This document shows positions 6,654-11,877 of a stretch of 11,877 nt of DNA, piece after piece. The notes under the pieces were generated by a model. It did no database searches. It was not told the origin of the DNA and saw nothing but the letters and a program-made list of their open reading frames with translations. The stretch comes from Candidatus Heimdallarchaeota archaeon (GTDB lineage Archaea > Asgardarchaeota > Heimdallarchaeia > Heimdallarchaeales > Heimdallarchaeaceae): the NCBI GenBank assembly GCA_019057375.1, contig DXJF01000013.1:1-11877 (forward strand), given 5' to 3'. A program made the position numbers and the translations under genes. Within the stretch, counting starts at the first letter, position 1. Each line of letters begins with the position of its first letter.

Positions 6654-7655
6654 ATGTCAGTACTCATAACAGGTATAACTGGTTTCCTAGGTACTAATTT
6701 AGTGAAGGAGATAAGGAAAAGATACCCAAACAAAAGAATATCAGGGTTGGTTCTTCCTGGTGAAAAAGAGAAATGTGAGGAATTAAATAAGTATGATATA
6801 GATTTCTTCTTTGGGGATCTTGATTCGAAAGAAAGCTTGGTAGGATGTTTAGATGATGTTGAATCAGTTTACCATTTAGCAGCTGTTGTAGATGATCTTG
6901 CACCAATGTCTAGTTTTTACAGAATTAATCACATTGGAACTAAGAATTTGCTTGATGAATTTATTAGAGCTGGTTCAAGGAAATTCATCTATATGTCTAC
7001 ATTAGGTGTTTATGGCTTCAAATTCCCAGATTATCCAATCGATGAAACATACAGAGTTGATTTAATTCCAGGATATAGAGAAAGTAAGTATTTGGGGGAA
7101 CAAGAAGTATTCAAGTATGCGGAGGAATTTGGATTTAAAGCTTCAGCATTAAGGCCTCCTATCATCTTTGGTCCTGGAGATCACTGGGCTCCAACAGTAT
7201 TCAATTTAGTCGAAAATAATCTTAAAATACCCTTCATCACCAAAGGAAAAGTAATTTTTTCTTATAGCTATTTTGAAGATGTTGTTGATGCTTTGATAAA
7301 AATGGAAGAAGTAGATAAGGCCAGAGGGGAAATATTTAATCACACTAGTTTTATTCTTACTAGACACGAACTATTTGAAACAGCTGCTAAAATATGTAAA
7401 ACAAAGCTTAATTCTTTCAACCTAAATTATAATATTGCTATGCTTATTGGCTTCTTTGGAGAGCTACAATGGAAACTTTTCAAGAAAAAACCATTGTTAA
7501 ATAGATATAGAGTTAATCAGATGGGCAAGACTAGAATAGTGAATACAGAGAAAATCGAAAGCATTTTGGGTGTTACTAGTAAGAAAACATTCAAAGAAGC
7601 TTTAACAGAAACTTATAACTGGTATTTGAAAAATAAAAAAGAGCAGGGAATATAA
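6654..7655 (+). CDS. NAD-dependent epimerase/dehydratase, extended SDR (3-beta-HSD-like subgroup)
   Basis: LITGITGFLG (GxxGxxG), YHLAA, YMSTLGVYG, catalytic YRESK (YxxxK), LRPPIIFGPGD. The track start is 6636; ATG 6654 fits the fold better. Confidence 0.92.
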   Translation: MSVLITGITGFLGTNLVKEIRKRYPNKRISGLVLPGEKEKCEELNKYDIDFFFGDLDSKESLVGCLDDVESVYHLAAVVDDLAPMSSFYRINHIGTKNLLDEFIRAGSRKFIYMSTLGVYGFKFPDYPIDETYRVDLIPGYRESKYLGEQEVFKYAEEFGFKASALRPPIIFGPGDHWAPTVFNLVENNLKIPFITKGKVIFSYSYFEDVVDALIKMEEVDKARGEIFNHTSFILTRHELFETAAKICKTKLNSFNLNYNIAMLIGFFGELQWKLFKKKPLLNRYRVNQMGKTRIVNTEKIESILGVTSKKTFKEALTETYNWYLKNKKEQGI

Positions 7656-7681
7656 ATTTCTAGTTCTGCTCTTTGAGTTGT

Positions 7682-8458
7682 TTATATTTTGAATTTGGTT
7701 GATTCAAAATAATTTAGATGAACTATTTCACAACCACAGTTTTCTGCAGCTGTGCCATAATTATTTAGAAACATTAAATCCGCTCCTTCTGCATAATGAA
7801 TAGGTATGAAATATTCTGGATTTATTGTATCGATAGCATTGACAACATCTTGATCTACCATAGTTTGACATCCTGGTCCTAAAGGTAACAGGGCAACATT
7901 GATTAAGTCAGTTATCTGCGAATATTCTGGAATGTTTGATGAATCTCCAGCATGGAAGAATGTGAATCCATCAATATCTATTATGTAGCTAGTATAATTA
8001 CTCTCTTGAGGATGACTAGAGACATAACCTAAAGGAGCAAAAGTATACATGTAGAAGGCTGTTATTTTAATAGGTCCAATATTAAAAGTGTCTCCAGGTT
8101 TTACTCCTGTTCCATTATATCCGGTAATGAAGCTAGTCATGATTTCTGGGAAGAAGAATTGTGTATCATCTTTTTCTATTAGCTGTAACATCGTAGTTGA
8201 ACAGTGGTCTCCATGATCGTGAGTTATGAGCACTGCATCCGCAGGATAATCACTATAATTACTTGGCAAATTATAAGGATCAATGTAAATTCTCAAACCC
8301 TTTGCTTCTATCATTACACCAGCATTATATAGAAGTGTGAAATTAATTGTTGAGTTTTTATTAACAATAACTACAGCTGTTGGAACAACTACTGCAGTCA
8401 CAGCTACTGCTGAACTTACTATTATAATTAAGATTATTGCTTTCTTTGTAAGAGCCAT
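7682..8458 (-). CDS. Membrane-anchored or exported metallo-beta-lactamase-fold hydrolase (UPF0173-like)
   Basis: YIDPY, LITHDHGDH (HxHxDH), FFHAGDS, PIHY. N-terminal hydrophobic helix after MALTKK. Confidence 0.9.
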   Translation of the reverse strand: MALTKKAIILIIIVSSAVAVTAVVVPTAVVIVNKNSTINFTLLYNAGVMIEAKGLRIYIDPYNLPSNYSDYPADAVLITHDHGDHCSTTMLQLIEKDDTQFFFPEIMTSFITGYNGTGVKPGDTFNIGPIKITAFYMYTFAPLGYVSSHPQESNYTSYIIDIDGFTFFHAGDSSNIPEYSQITDLINVALLPLGPGCQTMVDQDVVNAIDTINPEYFIPIHYAEGADLMFLNNYGTAAENCGCEIVHLNYFESTKFKI

Positions 8459-8566
8459 AATATTTAGAACTTTGTTAAGACACTTATATCTATTTCATCT
8501 AGAACCGGCAACAAATTTCTTTGGTGTTTATATATTGAACTTCTAGACTCTTTATCGAAAGTAATC

Positions 8567-9007
8567 ATGCTTAATCTCAAAAAACAGGAAACAAAACAAA
8601 AACAATTTTTTTCACTATTTGATTTTGAATATCAAAAATTAGTTAGCGTCGGTTTAGATTTGATTCAAGACGGAGATATTGATTCAGCGATATTGTTTTT
8701 TCAGGAACTTTCACTCTCTTCACCTCACTCTTCCTTCTCCTATTTCTATTTAGGAAATTTACACACTGTAAAAGATGATTTAGATCTAGCTGTGGGCTAT
8801 TATTCACTTGCATGGGAGGTTAATGATAATCCTCTTTTGACTTCTAGACTCCCCTGTAAAGTTCTTTCAACACTTGTTTCTATGCAATCTGTAGACTTAG
8901 AGTTACTCTCCCTCTGGTTAGAACGGTCTAAAGAATTTCTTGATTCTTATGCCTGTGATGAGCTTCTAATTTATGATTATGCTCAGAGAATAATCTCCTC
9001 AAATTAA
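8567..9007 (+). CDS. Small tetratricopeptide-repeat protein
   Basis: GLDLIQDGDIDSAILFFQEL..P..SFSYFYLGNLHTVKDDLDLAVGYYSLAWEVN fits two TPR-like helical hairpins. Confidence 0.75.
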   Translation: MLNLKKQETKQKQFFSLFDFEYQKLVSVGLDLIQDGDIDSAILFFQELSLSSPHSSFSYFYLGNLHTVKDDLDLAVGYYSLAWEVNDNPLLTSRLPCKVLSTLVSMQSVDLELLSLWLERSKEFLDSYACDELLIYDYAQRIISSN

Positions 9008-9058
9008 CTCAATGTTAAGAAACTGTATTCAGAATCTTGATAATAGTTGAAAATAACA

Positions 9059-10300
9059 TCATTTACTTTCTTCTGTTTCATATGTTATTTCACATATTCT
9101 ATGTTTACTCTTAAGCAAGTTAATTGTAACTTTGCTTGAATCTTTAATCCACTTTTCACAGGAATTACAGATTATTTCATTTGGGTATCTCCAATAATTG
9201 CAAACAACAAGGAATTTAACCTGTTCTTCCGTTTCTTGAATAAAATGATCGGATATGAATGGTGCTTTGTTAAACAATTGAATTAGTCTTATCATTGGAT
9301 CAAATTCATAGTAGAACTGTTCTCCTATATCATCTCTGATGAGTTCTATTGTTTTTTCTCTATCTTCTATAGCCATTTCCCTGATTGTTTGATCTTCTCT
9401 ATATGAAGTGATTTCTCTATTTGATCCACCAGGAGCTATTTGAAAAATACAATCCTTTACATAACTGTATTCAGAAGCACATCTCATCTCATCACAGATG
9501 ATATGCTCATCTAGAATTTTACTGAAGACTGCTTCAAGCATACCTTCAACAAAAGCACAAGTCTTTGTAGCAATTACTCCTAAAGATTCTGTCCAAATAG
9601 AACTATCAAGTGAGACTGTTGCTACCTTCTCTCCTGGATCAAAATGAAGTATGTTGATATTTCCCCATCTAGAAATAATTGGAGATTGTACTATTGCATC
9701 TAAATAAGACCTTAAGTTTTCAAATTCCCCTTCATGAACTTGTTGTAAGACTTGTTTTCCTGCTTCATAACCTATTTTTCCGAGAATTTGAGAAGTTGCG
9801 TCCTTAGCGCCTTCAAATTGCCCATAGAATATTTCTTGAAAAATGTTTATTGCATTGTCTCTTAATGCGTTCAAGCAAGTTTCAATTTCAGGAAAATCAT
9901 CTAAAATTGGATTAGAATATGTTATGATAATAAACATTTCAGAAAGCATCATGAGTTTGCTTATTGTTTTTGACATTTCCTCTTCGAGCGATGATATTGT
10001 AAGATATTCCGTAATTGTAGGGTCAAAAATCACAAATGAAATCATGAATTGTTCAACTCCTCCCCTCGCCATTGGATTTGGTATTGAGAAAAACATGCTT
10101 GAATAAACAACATTTGCCATTGCATTGACAATTGCTTTCATTTCTTGAAGAAAATTAAAATCCATAAGTCTTGTTAAGGAAGCTGTAATTCTAGGGTCTT
10201 GTATTTCAGCTACATTGAACAGTAATCTAGGTCCTAATCTTTGATCAAAGTGAAATAACATCACGTTAATCCTATTTCTTAGATCTACTCTTTCAGTCAT
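9059..10300 (-). CDS. Multidomain protein: longin/uDENN(NPR2)-like N-terminus, V4R domain with Zn ligands, Cys-containing C-terminal domain
   Basis: N-terminal MLFHFDQRLGPRLLF and IPNPMARGGVEQFMISFV. V4R region: LGKIGYEAGK..RWGNINI..TCAFVEGMLEAVFS..CDEMRC..KDCIFQI, with C248-E271-C274-C284. Confidence 0.8.
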   Translation of the reverse strand: MTERVDLRNRINVMLFHFDQRLGPRLLFNVAEIQDPRITASLTRLMDFNFLQEMKAIVNAMANVVYSSMFFSIPNPMARGGVEQFMISFVIFDPTITEYLTISSLEEEMSKTISKLMMLSEMFIIITYSNPILDDFPEIETCLNALRDNAINIFQEIFYGQFEGAKDATSQILGKIGYEAGKQVLQQVHEGEFENLRSYLDAIVQSPIISRWGNINILHFDPGEKVATVSLDSSIWTESLGVIATKTCAFVEGMLEAVFSKILDEHIICDEMRCASEYSYVKDCIFQIAPGGSNREITSYREDQTIREMAIEDREKTIELIRDDIGEQFYYEFDPMIRLIQLFNKAPFISDHFIQETEEQVKFLVVCNYWRYPNEIICNSCEKWIKDSSKVTINLLKSKHRICEITYETEESK

Positions 10301-11357
10301 TTGTCATCATCTTTTTGGAAGCATAAATATAAGCTAAACTAAATGATGGATTTATTTCTGCTGTTTTAATAATATCTGCTGCTCTACTTATATCACTATA
10401 TTCATTCTTCTCCAATAGATATTGATAAAGAATATTCGCCCCAATTCCTGTTATAATAATTTTATTCAGTTGATATTCTTCCTTCTTCCTTTTTATTATC
10501 TGATTGATTCTTTCAAGCATTTTCACCTTTAATAAATGAGCAATCTTGATTAAGTCTAGTTCATCAAATTTTTCATCAACAATGCAAAACATGCTTTTTA
10601 CTCTATTCAAGGCATCTTCCTTGAATTTTGCTTTTTTATCTGGTGTATTTGTAATATAATCAGATGGTTGTATATCCTCTGTTATTGTAAAAATGTCCGC
10701 AGTTATTGCATGAGTTTCGAATGGGAGATTGAATGTTTTTCCATTATACTCGAAAGTAGGTTGGATAAAAGCTGCATTTGTTTCCATCAATCCTAAAAAA
10801 ACCAATTCATCATTCATCATTCGATCATGGTCTGATTTAGAATTAGAAAGTATTTTTCCTTCTCGAATGGGGATGAAACTTGTTGTTCGTGTTGAAAAGT
10901 CAACTATCAGACCATCCTGCTTTATCATTTGCCATAATCCTTTTCCAAGTGCCTTCCATCCAACCGAAACCACTTTAGAAGGATTTTCTAAAGCTTGTTT
11001 AATAGATACAAATTCTTCATCATGTGTGTAAAGAACAATATTCGCAGGTTGTATGAATTTAGTAACTGAATTAATAATGAATTCCACAGTTTCTTTTGCT
11101 GAAGCAAAAAGAGGACTAGTAGTAGTTAAAATAAACTTTCGGATATTATAATCAGCATAGGAGCGCAAGATAGTCTTTAGATCTCCTTCTACTTCCTCTT
11201 TTCTTATTTTTAAAGGAAAATAAATTCTTTGGGAATGGAAAGGTTCTTCTGGATGAGTGGGATCAACTATCACTATTTTAAGTGATGTCACTCCAAAATC
11301 CAATACGGCAATATTTCCTTTATCACTGGTAAAGCTTGTTGATTTGTTAGTTGCCAT
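10293..11357 (-). CDS. mfnF: Divergent MfnF-like protein (hydantoinase/oxoprolinase family, ASKHA actin-like fold; H4MPT/methanofuran-linked C1 family)
   Basis: Motifs are collinear with MfnF/Orf9 as recalled: AVLDFGVTSLK, YFPL, SVGW, DGLIVDFSTRTTSFIPI, SDHDRMMNDELVFLG, AITADI, DYITNTPD, ITGIGANIL. The gene overlaps the downstream gene by 8 bp (ATGACTGA). Confidence 0.8.
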   Translation of the reverse strand: MATNKSTSFTSDKGNIAVLDFGVTSLKIVIVDPTHPEEPFHSQRIYFPLKIRKEEVEGDLKTILRSYADYNIRKFILTTTSPLFASAKETVEFIINSVTKFIQPANIVLYTHDEEFVSIKQALENPSKVVSVGWKALGKGLWQMIKQDGLIVDFSTRTTSFIPIREGKILSNSKSDHDRMMNDELVFLGLMETNAAFIQPTFEYNGKTFNLPFETHAITADIFTITEDIQPSDYITNTPDKKAKFKEDALNRVKSMFCIVDEKFDELDLIKIAHLLKVKMLERINQIIKRKKEEYQLNKIIITGIGANILYQYLLEKNEYSDISRAADIIKTAEINPSFSLAYIYASKKMMTND

Positions 11358-11380
11358 CTATTTACAATCTATGAATTTCA

Positions 11381-11388
11381 TTAATAAA
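11381..11388 (-). promoter_or_regulatory. Probable TATA box of a leaderless promoter for the mfnF-like/longin-V4R operon
   Basis: Minus-strand TTTATTAA is centred ~27 nt upstream of ATG 11357. Confidence 0.45.
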
Positions 11389-11404
11389 AGCTAGGATATT
11401 CTTC

Positions 11405-11877
11405 TCAACGTTTTCTATATCCTGTACCCTCGGGTTCATCATCGATATCTTCTAACTTCTTAATCTTCTTGGATTTCGCTAATTCCTTTTCTTTCTTAGC
11501 TATTTCAGGAAGTTCTTCTCTTATGTTTGTAGAAAACTTTGCTTTTGGGTGCATATGTTTGATGTGAAGAATGATCTCTGATAGATCTTCATTAGAAATG
11601 AACTCACCAACAAAAAATTCTTTTCCACTTCGAAGTTGAATCACAAGCATAGCTTTATTTCTATATTTTCTCCACATATCCAATGATAGTTTTCTGGGAA
11701 TCCGTGACAAACCATATTTTCTTACTTCTTTAACTAGTATTTTTCCTTTCTTTGTCCTATATCCAGTCATCAAAAGTGGTGTTGAGCGATAATATATTTC
11801 TGCACCTACGATTTTGATGAAATCTTTGGTATAGAAAAATTCCTTAATTGTTCTATTTACAAAAATAAACAGAGGAA
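11405..11877 (-). CDS. C-terminal part of a hypothetical protein that begins beyond the right edge; possibly a PH-like beta domain after a membrane segment
   Basis: The frame stays open upstream of the track start 11773 to the window end: PLFIFVNRTIKEFFYTKDFIKIVGAEIYYRSTPLLMTGY...LVIQLRSGKEFFVG...LSEIILHIK, followed by a charged tail. Confidence 0.7.
   Translation of the reverse strand, partial: PLFIFVNRTIKEFFYTKDFIKIVGAEIYYRSTPLLMTGYRTKKGKILVKEVRKYGLSRIPRKLSLDMWRKYRNKAMLVIQLRSGKEFFVGEFISNEDLSEIILHIKHMHPKAKFSTNIREELPEIAKKEKELAKSKKIKKLEDIDDEPEGTGYRKR

Noticed and set aside
8498-8547. 7-bp inverted repeat TCTAGAA...TTCTAGA in the divergent intergenic region
   Set aside because: Short, built on a self-palindromic hexamer and not extendable; expected by chance.
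5615-10106. ORFs 5615-5851(+), 6479-6733(-), 6694-6906(-), 8337-8546(+) and 9843-10106(+)
   Set aside because: Each overlaps a better-supported gene on the opposite strand and has no recognisable motif.
10729-11031. 100-aa plus-strand ORF
   Set aside because: Antisense to the mfnF-like gene.
2364-11357. fhs plus mfnF-like as a functional C1-metabolism cluster
   Set aside because: They are ~7 kb apart with unrelated genes between, use different cofactor systems, and are truncated or degenerate.

Overview
AT-rich archaeal DNA (roughly 30% GC by eye), most likely from an Asgard archaeon. That assignment is inferred from a FDxxxGP longin/uDENN-type domain, TATA/BRE promoters and an Asgard-style NosD/CASH surface protein. 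The left half (1-5426) looks like a rearrangement hotspot at the formate-tetrahydrofolate ligase gene (fhs). Only the C-terminal ~190 codons of fhs are present, directly behind an AT-rich orphan membrane-protein gene. The last 103 bp of fhs recur 2485 bp downstream (91/103 identical, no gaps) and bracket a single beta-helix surface-protein gene. The repeat ends at a perfect palindrome across the fhs stop codon, and 9 of its 12 mismatches are A in the downstream copy. The middle holds a PNPOx-like/MarR operon with an apparent operator, an extended SDR, a membrane-anchored MBL hydrolase and a TPR protein. At the right, a motif-degenerate MfnF-like (actin-fold) gene overlaps a gene fusing a longin/uDENN-like domain to a Zn-site V4R domain. 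No integrase, transposase, reverse transcriptase, RNA gene or CRISPR array was seen.
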